Assembly (NCBI GenBank): GCA_039803205.1
Contig: JBDRYB010000003.1
Span: 4,999-68,998 of the forward strand
Length of the DNA: 64,000 nucleotides
Source: a candidate division WOR-3 bacterium
GTDB lineage: Bacteria; Hydrothermota; Hydrothermia; JBDRYB01
Direction: 5' to 3'
Part shown: one piece after another, positions 28,995 to 38,695 of the stretch
Layout of the letters: the number at the start of each line of letters is the position of its first letter
Numbering within the stretch: position 1 is the stretch's first letter
Position numbers and translations under genes: made by a program
Notes under the pieces: generated by a model
The model's input: the letters and a program-made list of their open reading frames with translations, nothing else
The model's database searches: none
What the model was told of the DNA's origin: nothing

Positions 28995-30116
28995 TCAGCT
29001 TCGCCCAAAGGCAGACCATTTGACCGTATCCCTGAAGCTCGGGGGGAAAAGACCTTTGAATCCAGCCAGCAAGGCTGTCTCTGGGGATATGTAGCGCTCC
29101 AGGATCGCCTCCTCGGCTACCCTCGCTCCGCGAAACAGCTCCTCTATCTGGGAATCGGTGAGGTTTTTTGCCAGGCGCTCAACGGTGTCCCTCATGTCCA
29201 GGTTGATGATGAGCTCACCTGCGCCAGTCTTCATGACCCTCGCGTCCCGGAGAAGGGATGAGTAGACGGTCAAGAATGTCTCTGCGAGGCTCCTGTCTCT
29301 CCCTATGAAAGAGATGACATCAGCGATCGCTTCCCTATCGCCCAAGAGCACCGCGGCCGCTGACTTCCTAAGGAGCTGAGATTGTGGTCCGAGGAAACGT
29401 TTGGCCATGCCTATACTCCCTTCTGATAACCTGTGTAGGACGGGAATTGGGATCTCTCCCCCAAATGGGTAGCGAGAGAAGTCCTCCAGGCTGAGGGTAA
29501 AGAACCTTACCCTCCTTGCTCTGGAGAGTATCGTCGGGAGAATGAGCTTCGGGGACGAGGAGACCATCAGGAATGTGGTCCTGCCTCCCCCTCCCTCTTC
29601 AAGGGTTCTCAGGAATGCGTTCTGGGCCTCAGGTTTCATTGGGTCCATGAGATCGCCGTCAAGAATTACTATGAACCTGTGCTTTGCTTCAAATGGCGGT
29701 TTTTTTGCCTCCTCGCCAATCGCCCTTACTTGGTCTATGGTTATTTTGCTCTGCCAGGAGAAGTCATCGGGCCTTATGTGCGGCCTCCCGTAGAACCGGA
29801 GGGTGTATTCCCTATCCTCCTCCCTTCTGTTCCTCTCCTTATCAAGGCGCTCCTCGTATTCCTTGGGCAGGAGCACCATGAAATCCGGATGCGAGAACGA
29901 GAACACCCTCTTGCAGTTCGTGCATTCTCGGCAAGGCCTTATCTCCTCGCTCTCGCAGAGCGCCGCAGCAACTACTTCGTGGGCCAGGGTTGCTTTGCCT
30001 ACCCCCAAAGGGCCCTCAAGGAGATACAGCGGGGTGTATGCCTCCTTCTCTATCACATTCGCGAATACCCTCTTCGGATAATCATTACCCAGGGTCCGAA
30101 AGAGTATCTGGGCCAC
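28995..30116 (-). CDS. holB: DNA polymerase III subunit delta'
   Basis: LLEGPLGVGKATLA P-loop-like motif and a Zn module with CRECTNC; GTG start. Confidence 0.7.
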   Translation of the reverse strand: MAQILFRTLGNDYPKRVFANVIEKEAYTPLYLLEGPLGVGKATLAHEVVAAALCESEEIRPCRECTNCKRVFSFSHPDFMVLLPKEYEERLDKERNRREEDREYTLRFYGRPHIRPDDFSWQSKITIDQVRAIGEEAKKPPFEAKHRFIVILDGDLMDPMKPEAQNAFLRTLEEGGGGRTTFLMVSSSPKLILPTILSRARRVRFFTLSLEDFSRYPFGGEIPIPVLHRLSEGSIGMAKRFLGPQSQLLRKSAAAVLLGDREAIADVISFIGRDRSLAETFLTVYSSLLRDARVMKTGAGELIINLDMRDTVERLAKNLTDSQIEELFRGARVAEEAILERYISPETALLAGFKGLFPPSFRDTVKWSAFGRS

Positions 30117-30191
30117 CCCAAATTATGGCGCATGCGTGGATACCCGTTCAAGGAATCCTCCTTGCGCACCAGCCCTCTTCGGGATTAAACT

Positions 30192-31103
30192 TTGCGTGTG
30201 AAAGTCTCTCTTCTCGTTCCCGCGTTCAACGAGGAGGAATGCCTTCCCCTCCTCGCGGAGGAGCTCAGGGATTTCATCGAGAGCAAGGGCGTCGCTGGGC
30301 AGATTGAGTGCATAATAGTTGATGATGGCTCTTCTGACAGGACATACCGTGTCGGGCTTGAGCTGGCGGAGAAATACCCATTTATAAAGGTTGTAAGGCA
30401 CTCCGCTAACCTCGGAAAGACTCAAGCCATCATAACCGGCGCGAGACGCGCTGAGGGGGATGTCCTCGTGATATTTGACGCGGACCTTCAATACTCCGTT
30501 GAGGACGCGTGGAGGCTCGCGGAGAGGGTGGCTGAGGGCTGGGACATAGCGGTTGGTTGGAAACAGGGGGATTACCAGAAGAAATTCGTCTCCTGGGTCT
30601 ACAACAGGCTCTCGCGGTGGCTCTTCTCCCTTCCGATACACGACATGAATTCAATGAAGGCAGTAAGGGCCGAGGTATTTCCGCACCTGGGCCTCAGGAG
30701 GGACTGGCACAGGTATATGGTTCCTCTGGCGGTTGAGAAGGGTTTTACCGTGACAGAGGAGAAGGTGACCCTGAGGCCGCGCGCGGCCGGAAAGAGCAAA
30801 TACACGGGGTTCTGGCGCATAATCGTGGGTTTCGCTGACCTCCTCGCGGTTAAGTTCCAACTGACCATAATGCGCAAGCCCCTTCTTTATCTGGGAACGG
30901 CCGGGTTCGTTTCCGGCCTCACAGGGGTCGCAGTGGGCATCGCGGCTATCCTGATAAGATACATCGCCGGAATAGGCTACAGGCCCGTCCTCTACCTGGT
31001 TATCCTGCTCGTTATATCCGGCCTCCTCTTGATAAGCATGGGCCTCGTTGGCGAGCTGGTTGCCGGGATCCAGGACCAGCTTGAGGCAAGGAACAGACCG
31101 TGA
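30192..31103 (+). CDS. GT2 polyprenyl-phosphate glycosyltransferase (Dpm1/ArnC/GtrB-like)
   Basis: LLVPAFNEE...IIVDDGSSD...DADLQY (DXD) and two C-terminal TM helices. Confidence 0.75.
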   Translation: MRVKVSLLVPAFNEEECLPLLAEELRDFIESKGVAGQIECIIVDDGSSDRTYRVGLELAEKYPFIKVVRHSANLGKTQAIITGARRAEGDVLVIFDADLQYSVEDAWRLAERVAEGWDIAVGWKQGDYQKKFVSWVYNRLSRWLFSLPIHDMNSMKAVRAEVFPHLGLRRDWHRYMVPLAVEKGFTVTEEKVTLRPRAAGKSKYTGFWRIIVGFADLLAVKFQLTIMRKPLLYLGTAGFVSGLTGVAVGIAAILIRYIAGIGYRPVLYLVILLVISGLLLISMGLVGELVAGIQDQLEARNRP

Positions 31104-31131
31104 TCATCTGCTCTCCAGGCCCACGGACCAA

Positions 31132-32067
31132 ATGACCCTCCGCATCCTCCTCGCCCTTATCCTTCTTATCGTTCTTTTTGCCCTCGAGATCCTTCTCGGC
31201 CCCGGCGGGTTTCCGGATGGCCCTCTTTTTACCATCAGGCTCACGAGGGCACTTTTGGCCCTTTTTGTGGGAGCAAGCCTCTCGGTGTCGGGCTCGGCTT
31301 TGCAATCCCTTTTCCAGAACCCGCTTGCGGATCCGTATGTCCTTGGGACCGCTTCAGGCGCGGCTCTGGGATATGCTCTGGGGTTCTTCTTCGGCTTCAA
31401 AAACCCCGGCGCCCTTTCTCTGCCAGCCGCGGGTGGCGCGGTTGGCTCGCTCTTCGTTGTCTATGCCCTCTCGTCTGTGCGTGGCAAACTATCGGGGACC
31501 AGAATGCTCCTTTCTGGGGTGATGGTTGGGTTTTTCGCGTCCGGTTTGGTTGCTGTTCTCATGATCCTGGCCAAGGCAGAGGCAATAAGGACCTTCTATG
31601 TGCTCTGGGGAAACCTCGGCGTTGTGATAACCCGCGGGGATGTTCCTTGGCTTGTGGCCATGGCCGCCGCGATCATCGCTGGGACGACCGCTCTTGTGAT
31701 TCTCTCCAGAGAGCTGGATGCCCTGAGCCTCGGCGAGACAGAGGCTCTCTCTTTGGGGGTGAATGTCCAGGCTCTCAAAACGGCCGTCTTCATCACAACA
31801 GGCGTGATTGTCGGTATAGCGACATCCGTGGTTGGCGCGGTTGGCTTTGTTGGGCTTGTTGTCCCACATGCGGTGAGGAGGCTCCTTTCCCCCAGACACT
31901 CGGTCCTCCTCCCAGGCTCGGCTGTGGGCGGCGCGGCCCTGGTTCTCTCCTCCGATCTCCTCTTGCGGCTTCTTGGCTTTTATCAGCTTCCTGTTGGGGT
32001 GATAACCAGCCTGGTCGGCGTTCCCTTCTTCCTATACATAATGAGGGCGAAGGCAGGAGAGAGCTGA
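31132..32067 (+). CDS. FecCD-family ABC transporter permease (iron-siderophore / B12 type)
   Basis: About 9 TM helices; conserved Gly-rich BtuC/FepD pattern; start trimmed to MTLRIL. Confidence 0.65.
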   Translation: MTLRILLALILLIVLFALEILLGPGGFPDGPLFTIRLTRALLALFVGASLSVSGSALQSLFQNPLADPYVLGTASGAALGYALGFFFGFKNPGALSLPAAGGAVGSLFVVYALSSVRGKLSGTRMLLSGVMVGFFASGLVAVLMILAKAEAIRTFYVLWGNLGVVITRGDVPWLVAMAAAIIAGTTALVILSRELDALSLGETEALSLGVNVQALKTAVFITTGVIVGIATSVVGAVGFVGLVVPHAVRRLLSPRHSVLLPGSAVGGAALVLSSDLLLRLLGFYQLPVGVITSLVGVPFFLYIMRAKAGES

Positions 32068-32152
32068 ACCTTGCCCTCGCGCTGTCAACGGCTCCATAAT
32101 TTCGGAGTGATGGGGATCTTCCCTATAAATCCACGAATCTTCCGACCCTTAT

Positions 32153-32599
32153 ATGGATAATCAAACCGTTTTCATGTCCCTGGCTCTTGAGGAGGCCAGA
32201 AAGGCCCTCTCGGAGGGAGAGGTTCCAGTAGGTTGCGTTATCGTTATTCATGGCGAGGTCATTGCCCGCGCCCACAACAGAACAGAATCCCTCCGAGACC
32301 CGACCGCTCACGCGGAGATGCTCGCATTGCGAGAAGCGGCTGAAAGGCTTGGGGATTGGCGGCTTGAGGGTGCCAGCGTCTATGTCACCCTTGAGCCGTG
32401 CGTTATGTGCGCGGGCGCGCTGGTTCTGGCAAGAGTAAAGGAGGTGGTTTACGCGGCAGAGGACGAAAGGTTCGGCGCCATGAGCCTCTACGGCTTGCCT
32501 TCGGATCCCAGGTTGAACCACAGGTTTAGGCTGATAAAGGGCCCCTTGGGGGATGAGGCGCTGGAGGTCCTCAGAGGGTTCTTCCTAACGAGGAGATGA
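32153..32599 (+). CDS. tadA: tRNA-specific adenosine deaminase
   Basis: HAEMLALREA...TLEPCVMCAG CDA zinc motifs. Confidence 0.85.
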   Translation: MDNQTVFMSLALEEARKALSEGEVPVGCVIVIHGEVIARAHNRTESLRDPTAHAEMLALREAAERLGDWRLEGASVYVTLEPCVMCAGALVLARVKEVVYAAEDERFGAMSLYGLPSDPRLNHRFRLIKGPLGDEALEVLRGFFLTRR

Positions 32600-33884
32600 T
32601 CTCATCCAACTCCCTCTTCGCCCTCTCGGCTATGAACTCTCTTCTCGTTTTGCCCCTGAGGCCCTCCGGGACATCCCTGAAGAGGGCTATGTGCAGGTTC
32701 GTGGGCTGGTAATTCTCGGTGGGTGCGGCGGTTATCGCCCTGAAGAGCGTTCCTATTCCAGTATGGGCTGGGAATTCCAGAGCCTCCTCCCCTTTGGCGA
32801 GCCTCGCCGCGTTCAGGCCCGCCAGAAGCCCCCCTGCCGCGGCCTCCATGTATCCCTCTGTTCCAGAGAGCTGGCCGGCTACGAATATACCTGGTTTCGC
32901 TATAAGCTCCAGGGTTGGTTTAAGTAGCGCTGGCGCGTTCAGGTAAGTGTTCCTGTGAACCGCGCCATATCTCAGGAATTCAGCCCTCTCAAGGCCCGGT
33001 ATCATCCTGAAAACCCTCTCCTGCTCAGGTATTCTCAGCTGGGTCTGGAATCCGACCAAAGAGAAGGCCGTGCGTTCAGCGTTCTCCGGCCTCAACTGCA
33101 CGGCCGCGTATGGCTCCTTTCCTGTTGCGGGGTCCTTAAGGCCTGATGGCCTCATGGGGCCGTATATAAGGGTCTCTGGCCCTCGAGCGGCCATCACCTC
33201 TATGGGAAGGCACCCTTCAAAGTATGGTATTCTCTCGTCAAAATGGGGCCTGTGGGTCTCGGCTGAGATGAGGGCCTCGTAAAACCTCGTGTATTCCTCT
33301 TTTGTCATGGGGGCATTGAGATATGCCTCCTGTTCCCAGCCGTGCCTGTCTGCCCAGAACATCCTGGAGAACTCCAGGCTCTCTCCGGAAACGATGGGGC
33401 TCAGCGCGTCGTAAAAATAGAGGAATTCCTGGCCTATGAGCTTGCTCATGGATTTGGCGAGCGCGTCAGATGTCAGCGGTCCTGTTGCTATTATCGCTAT
33501 GGGTTCAGGCACATCCCGAACCTCCTCCCTCCTTATCTCAACATTCGGGTGATCCTCAAGCGCTTTGGTTATGTAGCTGGCAAAAGCCTTCCTATCAACG
33601 ACCAAGGCCTTCCCTCCCGGAATCGCGGATCGCTCCGCGGCCTCCATTATCAAAGAACCTAGCCGTTTCAACTCCTCTTTCAATATCCCTTGAGCCGAGA
33701 GGATGTCCTTTGATTTAAGGGAATTGGAGCAGACAAGCTCCCCGAGGAGACCCGAGGAATGCGCGGGGGTCATCCTTCTGGGCCTCATCTCGTAAAGGAT
33801 GGCCCTGATGCCTTGATTGGCGATTGTCCAAGCGGCCTCTGAGCCGGCAAGGCCTCCTCCGATGACCTTTACCCTTAGAGCCAT
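32571..33884 (-). CDS. trmFO: Methylenetetrahydrofolate--tRNA-(uracil-5-)-methyltransferase TrmFO
   Basis: VIGGGLAGSEAAW FAD motif and full-length TrmFO pattern. Confidence 0.85.
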   Translation of the reverse strand: MALRVKVIGGGLAGSEAAWTIANQGIRAILYEMRPRRMTPAHSSGLLGELVCSNSLKSKDILSAQGILKEELKRLGSLIMEAAERSAIPGGKALVVDRKAFASYITKALEDHPNVEIRREEVRDVPEPIAIIATGPLTSDALAKSMSKLIGQEFLYFYDALSPIVSGESLEFSRMFWADRHGWEQEAYLNAPMTKEEYTRFYEALISAETHRPHFDERIPYFEGCLPIEVMAARGPETLIYGPMRPSGLKDPATGKEPYAAVQLRPENAERTAFSLVGFQTQLRIPEQERVFRMIPGLERAEFLRYGAVHRNTYLNAPALLKPTLELIAKPGIFVAGQLSGTEGYMEAAAGGLLAGLNAARLAKGEEALEFPAHTGIGTLFRAITAAPTENYQPTNLHIALFRDVPEGLRGKTRREFIAERAKRELDEIISSLGRTL

Positions 33885-33906
33885 TGTCCCTCAGTCTATG
33901 GCCGCG

Positions 33907-34161
33907 TTACTTTGATCCCCTCCAGAATTCCCTGAGCTTTCCGAAGGCCCCCTCAAGCCCCTCCGGCGCCGGTTTTTTCCCCGCGAAGATCTCCAAGATG
34001 CTTATGTCGTCAAGCTCAAGCAGGAGCTCAAATCCTACAAGCTCATCCTCGCTCATTTCCGGAGACACCCGCTCTGCAAATGGTCTCAGTAGTTCCTCGG
34101 CCTCAAGCTTTGAGCGCCTTGAAGCCCTGTATAGGATGCGGCGTTGACGCTCGCTGAGCAA
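33907..34161 (-). CDS. SdhE/YgfY-like (DUF339) flavinylation factor-like small protein
   Basis: RILYRASRRSKLE...PF...SEDE...LLLELDD... aligns to the E. coli SdhE pattern (RRGxxE with G replaced by S); TTG start. Confidence 0.5.
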   Translation of the reverse strand: MLSERQRRILYRASRRSKLEAEELLRPFAERVSPEMSEDELVGFELLLELDDISILEIFAGKKPAPEGLEGAFGKLREFWRGSK

Positions 34162-34167
34162 AGGTCC

Positions 34168-35775
34168 CTATTTGCCCCCCTTGCCCTTGCTACCCTTGGG
34201 TTTATCAGGCTCTTTTGGCTTCTTCCACGCCTTTGCGACCTCAAACACATTCAGATAGACCTTACCATCCGCAACCGCGTTGAAAGCGATGTATTTGCCA
34301 TCGTGAGACAAGAGCATCCTGTCAAAAACGAAGTCATATTCCCCCTCAAGGGGTTTGCCGTCAACAACCACGAACTCCCTGTCGTTCTCTGGGTTCTGTG
34401 CTGTAAAGGAGAAATGCCTCCCCTCAGGGGATATGTTCAGGCTCTGTGGGAATATGTTATCGTAGCGCTCGGATTCCTTGTCGTTGCAAACCCCGAATAC
34501 CTTGCCGGCCTCATAAGCGCCCTCGTTCCACTCGCCCCCCTCGGAAGCCAGAAAAGCAAACCCTATTGTATCCCCGAAGATAAGGGTCGTGGTGTTGATG
34601 TCCTCGTAGTCCTTGCTCACATTTCCCTTGTTGGGTATAACCGTGTATTTGCCGCCGGAATAGTAACCAGATGGGTCCCAGCGCCCGCCGGTTGAAACCA
34701 CATAGGCGTAGAGATCGCCCTTCTTTGAAACAACCGGATTGCTGATGTAGTTGTATGGTCCTATCCTCCTCTTGTTCTGGATGATGTAATAATCCCCTCC
34801 AATGTAATTCTCCTCCTCCCAGTGCCCTCCCTCGCCAGCCACATACGCGACGGTTCCTGTTTTTGTCACCACGAGCCCCTTGACGAAGTCATGTTTCTTG
34901 CCTTCAGATTCGCCCGTGACGAGGAAATAGGTTCCGCCCACATAGTAGTTGTTCTGGTCCCATGCGCCGCCCGTGCCAGCGAGATAGAATATTGTGCCAT
35001 CGGGGCCAAAGGAGATCTCCATCACCACAGGATACCTTTTCTTTGCTGGCTTGCCGTCAACAACCACAACACGCTCCCCGCCCATGTATTCGTTTCCAAT
35101 CCACTTTCCCTTTGAGCCCGCTATGTAGGCGAGGTGTTTTCCATCCGGAGAATATGTGAGACCGAAAAGCCAGTCGTATTTCTTATCCTCCTTCGCGCCC
35201 CTAACCACGAACATCTTGCCGCCCCTATAAGAACCATCCATGTTCCATTTCCCACCCTTGGAAGCCACATAGCTGATCTCAGAGCCGTCTGGAGAGAGCG
35301 TTAGGTTGTAGACATGGTCATACTCCTTGCCGGCCTTCCCGTCGTAGAAGACCGAGTATTTCCCGCCGTAGTAGTATCCCTCGTCGTTCCAGCTCCCGCC
35401 CTTGCCTATCTTGAAAGCGTAGTGCTCGCCATCCTCGGAGAGCACATACTCTCCTACATATTCATACGGGCCATAGGCCTTTGAGCCGAGCACGAAGAAC
35501 ATCTTGTTGCTGTCATCCATGGCCACATAGGCAAGGTTCCCATCCGGGGCAAACCTCAGGTCCCATATGCTCGCGTAGGTTGCCTTTTCCTCGCCGTTCA
35601 CTATGAGCCTCATTTTGCCATCGTAGTAGGAGTATACCGAAACGGCAATCTGAGTCAGATCATCGGATTGCACCACTTCCGATATCTCCCCATCCGGGGC
35701 CTCCATCAGCGCGGTCTGGCCCAGCTTGTCCATGGGGAAGGCCGCGAACAGAGTGATAGCTATGAAGTTGTTCAT
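34168..35775 (-). CDS. Secreted PD40 (TolB-like WD40-like) beta-propeller repeat protein with Lys-rich C-terminal tail
   Basis: About 12 repeats of SPDGxxxAYxAxxGGKW; signal peptide; C-terminal KKPKEPDKPKGSKGKGGK. Confidence 0.55.
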   Translation of the reverse strand: MNNFIAITLFAAFPMDKLGQTALMEAPDGEISEVVQSDDLTQIAVSVYSYYDGKMRLIVNGEEKATYASIWDLRFAPDGNLAYVAMDDSNKMFFVLGSKAYGPYEYVGEYVLSEDGEHYAFKIGKGGSWNDEGYYYGGKYSVFYDGKAGKEYDHVYNLTLSPDGSEISYVASKGGKWNMDGSYRGGKMFVVRGAKEDKKYDWLFGLTYSPDGKHLAYIAGSKGKWIGNEYMGGERVVVVDGKPAKKRYPVVMEISFGPDGTIFYLAGTGGAWDQNNYYVGGTYFLVTGESEGKKHDFVKGLVVTKTGTVAYVAGEGGHWEEENYIGGDYYIIQNKRRIGPYNYISNPVVSKKGDLYAYVVSTGGRWDPSGYYSGGKYTVIPNKGNVSKDYEDINTTTLIFGDTIGFAFLASEGGEWNEGAYEAGKVFGVCNDKESERYDNIFPQSLNISPEGRHFSFTAQNPENDREFVVVDGKPLEGEYDFVFDRMLLSHDGKYIAFNAVADGKVYLNVFEVAKAWKKPKEPDKPKGSKGKGGK

Positions 35776-35900
35776 GATTCCTCCGAACTCTTTGATATTA
35801 TAAACCTCCCCTTTGGATGCCTACCACCATTCGCGCTCAGAGACAAATGTGGATTAGCTGGGGACTTGGCCCAATTTGAGGGGTCCCGGAAGGAGGAGAT

Positions 35901-37043
35901 GTGGACACTATGCTATGGCGCACTATTGCCCTTGGAGGAGACATGCTTAATTTATTCGGCAAAAAGAGAAAAAAGAAGGGCCTGGGTTGGCTGAAGATCT
36001 TCTCCTTCCGGCTCACCGAGAGGGACAAGGACAACCCCTCTGAGCTCATAGATGGATACGAGGGCTTTATATTCGCGTGCGTGAACATCATCGCTTCCCG
36101 GGTCGCGGGCGCGAGGATGAGGCTCTTCGTGAGGGAGGGCGATTCCGAGAGGGAGATAGATGAGCATCCCCTCTTGGAGCTTCTGAGGGAGCCTAACCCC
36201 TACATGACCCAATACTCTTTCCTATACCTGACCCAGGCCTGGATGGAGCTTGCGGGCAACGCTTATTGGGTAAGGGTCGGTCAGGAGCTCTGGCCACTTC
36301 CTCCCCAGTGGGTCAGGGTCGTTCCCGGCCCGTGGCCGAGGGTCATAGACGGATACATCTACAGCCCTCCCTGGGTCTCCGAGCCAATGGCGTTCTCAGA
36401 CGGGGAGGTGATTCACTTCAAGCGCCCGAACCCGCAGGACCCATTTTATTACGGCGCTTCAACCCTCAGAGCGGCTTTCGGCGAGACCGAGTTCTGGCGG
36501 CTTGCTGGAGAATACAGGGCAAAACGCCTTGAGAACGGAGGGGTTCCCCCAGCCGCTATGATAATATCCGAGGAGGCCAACCCTGGGGACATAGACAGGA
36601 TAAGGGCGGAGTTTGAGCGCCTTCACAGGGGAACGGCTAACGCAGGGAGGCCGGCCATTCTCCCGCCCGGAACGGATGTTAGGCTCCTGGAGGTCCCGGC
36701 TATAGACAAGGAGTTCGCGGAGGCCCTCAGGCTCACGAGGGAAAACATCCTCGCCATATTCGGCGTTCCGGGTTCAAAGCTGGGACTGGTTCAGGATGTC
36801 AATAGGGCGAACGCGGAGGCAAACGACCTCACATTCCTCAACGAGGTCATAAGGCCCCGCCTCCGGTTCCTTGAGGACATACTGAACTCTGAGATAACAT
36901 ATCTCTTTGGGGATTCGCTCCTCTTGCGCTTTGATGACCCCCTCCCCAGGGACTGGGAGTTCACGCTCAGAAAGGTTGAGACCCTGGTCACCCTTGGGGT
37001 TATGAGCGTAGACGAGGCGAGGAGGGAAATGGAGCTGGAGTAG
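35901..37043 (+). CDS. Phage portal protein, HK97 family
   Basis: ACVNIIASRVAGARMRLF...HPLLELLREPNPYMTQYSFLYLTQAWMELAGNAYW is the canonical HK97 portal N-terminal signature; 380 aa. Confidence 0.75.
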   Translation: MDTMLWRTIALGGDMLNLFGKKRKKKGLGWLKIFSFRLTERDKDNPSELIDGYEGFIFACVNIIASRVAGARMRLFVREGDSEREIDEHPLLELLREPNPYMTQYSFLYLTQAWMELAGNAYWVRVGQELWPLPPQWVRVVPGPWPRVIDGYIYSPPWVSEPMAFSDGEVIHFKRPNPQDPFYYGASTLRAAFGETEFWRLAGEYRAKRLENGGVPPAAMIISEEANPGDIDRIRAEFERLHRGTANAGRPAILPPGTDVRLLEVPAIDKEFAEALRLTRENILAIFGVPGSKLGLVQDVNRANAEANDLTFLNEVIRPRLRFLEDILNSEITYLFGDSLLLRFDDPLPRDWEFTLRKVETLVTLGVMSVDEARREMELE

Positions 37044-37104
37044 GAATTAAAAGCGCGAATCGTGTTAACTTTGTGTCAGATCTGCTTGTATTGTATATCA
37101 AGCT

Positions 37105-38634
37105 ATGTTTGGTATTGGAATCGTATTGTTCTCTGCTCTTTTCGCTAAGACATACGGAGGGACTTACTCGGAGGAAGGCTATTCTGTGATCCAGACCCAA
37201 GAAGGAGACTATATCTCGGTGGGATATGTTGTGGATGGCTATGTTGACTTTTCGGTCATCAGGTTTTCCTCCGATGGTTCTCTCTCTGATGCAAAGAGGT
37301 TCGGCGGGAGCGGTTGGGATGAGGCCTATTCCGTAGCCGCGACTCAAGACGGCGGGTTTGTTGTGGCAGGAGAAACTGGTAGTTTCGGGGTCAGTGGCTT
37401 TGATTTTCTCGTTATGAGAATGGCTTCTGATGGCTCACTCATTTGGTCCAAGACTTACGGGGCCGCATACATGGAGCACCCATACTCAATAATCCAGAAC
37501 TCAGACGGGGGTTATACCGTTGTGGGAGAGACGAACAGCATCGGCGCAGGTTTTTCCGATTTTCTGGTTCTCAGATTGGGATCCGACGGTTCAGTTCTCT
37601 GGGCAAGAACCTTCGGGGGCGAAAACGAAGAGGAGGCTTGGTCTGCAATTGAGACCCCGGATGGAAGGCTTGTTGTCGCGGGATGGACGGATAGCTATGG
37701 GGCTGGCAACGATGATCTGCTAATCCTCAAGCTGAACCCTGACGGCTCCCCCATTTGGACCAAGACCCTGGGTGGCATTGGAGATGAGCGCGCCTTTTCC
37801 GTAGCCCAAGCTCATGATGGCGGATATGTTGTTGCTGGATGGACAGGGAGCTTTGGCGCCGGCGGAACAGATTTCCTGGTCGTAAAGCTCGGCCAGGATG
37901 GTTCGCTCATTTGGGCAAAGACCTTTGGCGGAAACAGAAATGACTGGGCCCAATCCATAGTTGCCACATCCGACGGGGGTTATCTTGTTTCTGGGACGAC
38001 ATTCTCCTTTGGGGCTGACTCATCGGATGCCCTGATGATCAAGCTTGGGCCGGATGGCTCACTCATCTGGGCCAGGAGGTTCGGGGGCCAGAGCTATGAC
38101 TATGCTTATTCCTCAACCCAGGCGCGGGACGGGGACTATGTTGTCGTTGGGACAACCTGGAGCTTTGGCGCTGGGGCATGGGATTTTCTCGTTATCAAGA
38201 TCGGCCAAAACGGCGAGTATGCGAACTGCGTTCAGGCCTGCTATCCGGTTTCTACCAATGTGAACCCCACGACATCCTCTCCGCTGATGGGCTTCATCTG
38301 CAATTTGGATGCCTCAAGCCCAACTCTGACACCAACCCCGCTCAATTTGATCGCATACGATATTTGCCCCACCCTGGCCTCTCAGGACACGAAAGGCTCT
38401 TCCGGAGGACCATGTTGCTTCGCTTTTTCGGAAGGCGCGGTGTTTTTCGCTCAGGAGCCGGGGAACCTCAGGCTGTATTCCACGGACGGAAGGCTTATAT
38501 GCTGTAGGCACCTAGAAACTGGCTACAACAGGATAACCCTTAAGCCCGGCGTCTATATCTGGAGAGCGAGTTCAGAACCTACATCATCCAATTCAAGGGC
38601 ATGCACGGGAAGAATTGCCATCCCCTCTCGGTAA
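37105..38634 (+). CDS. SBBP-like beta-propeller repeat protein with T9SS-type C-terminal domain (array family member, distal copy)
   Basis: N-terminus LFAKTYGGT; about 50-aa repeats (TFGG...DxAxS...DGGYxxxGxTxSFGAGxxDxLxxKL...G...W); C-terminal GVYIWRASSE...RIAIPSR. Confidence 0.6.
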   Translation: MFGIGIVLFSALFAKTYGGTYSEEGYSVIQTQEGDYISVGYVVDGYVDFSVIRFSSDGSLSDAKRFGGSGWDEAYSVAATQDGGFVVAGETGSFGVSGFDFLVMRMASDGSLIWSKTYGAAYMEHPYSIIQNSDGGYTVVGETNSIGAGFSDFLVLRLGSDGSVLWARTFGGENEEEAWSAIETPDGRLVVAGWTDSYGAGNDDLLILKLNPDGSPIWTKTLGGIGDERAFSVAQAHDGGYVVAGWTGSFGAGGTDFLVVKLGQDGSLIWAKTFGGNRNDWAQSIVATSDGGYLVSGTTFSFGADSSDALMIKLGPDGSLIWARRFGGQSYDYAYSSTQARDGDYVVVGTTWSFGAGAWDFLVIKIGQNGEYANCVQACYPVSTNVNPTTSSPLMGFICNLDASSPTLTPTPLNLIAYDICPTLASQDTKGSSGGPCCFAFSEGAVFFAQEPGNLRLYSTDGRLICCRHLETGYNRITLKPGVYIWRASSEPTSSNSRACTGRIAIPSR

Positions 38635-38695
38635 AAACCGGACACGCCCGTGTGTTCTTGAATTTAACCTGCGTTAAAATTTAACATATTCCCGC

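Noticed and set aside
30123-30641. 172-aa - strand ORF
   Set aside because: Antisense to the well-supported GT2 gene (30192-31103); no motifs.
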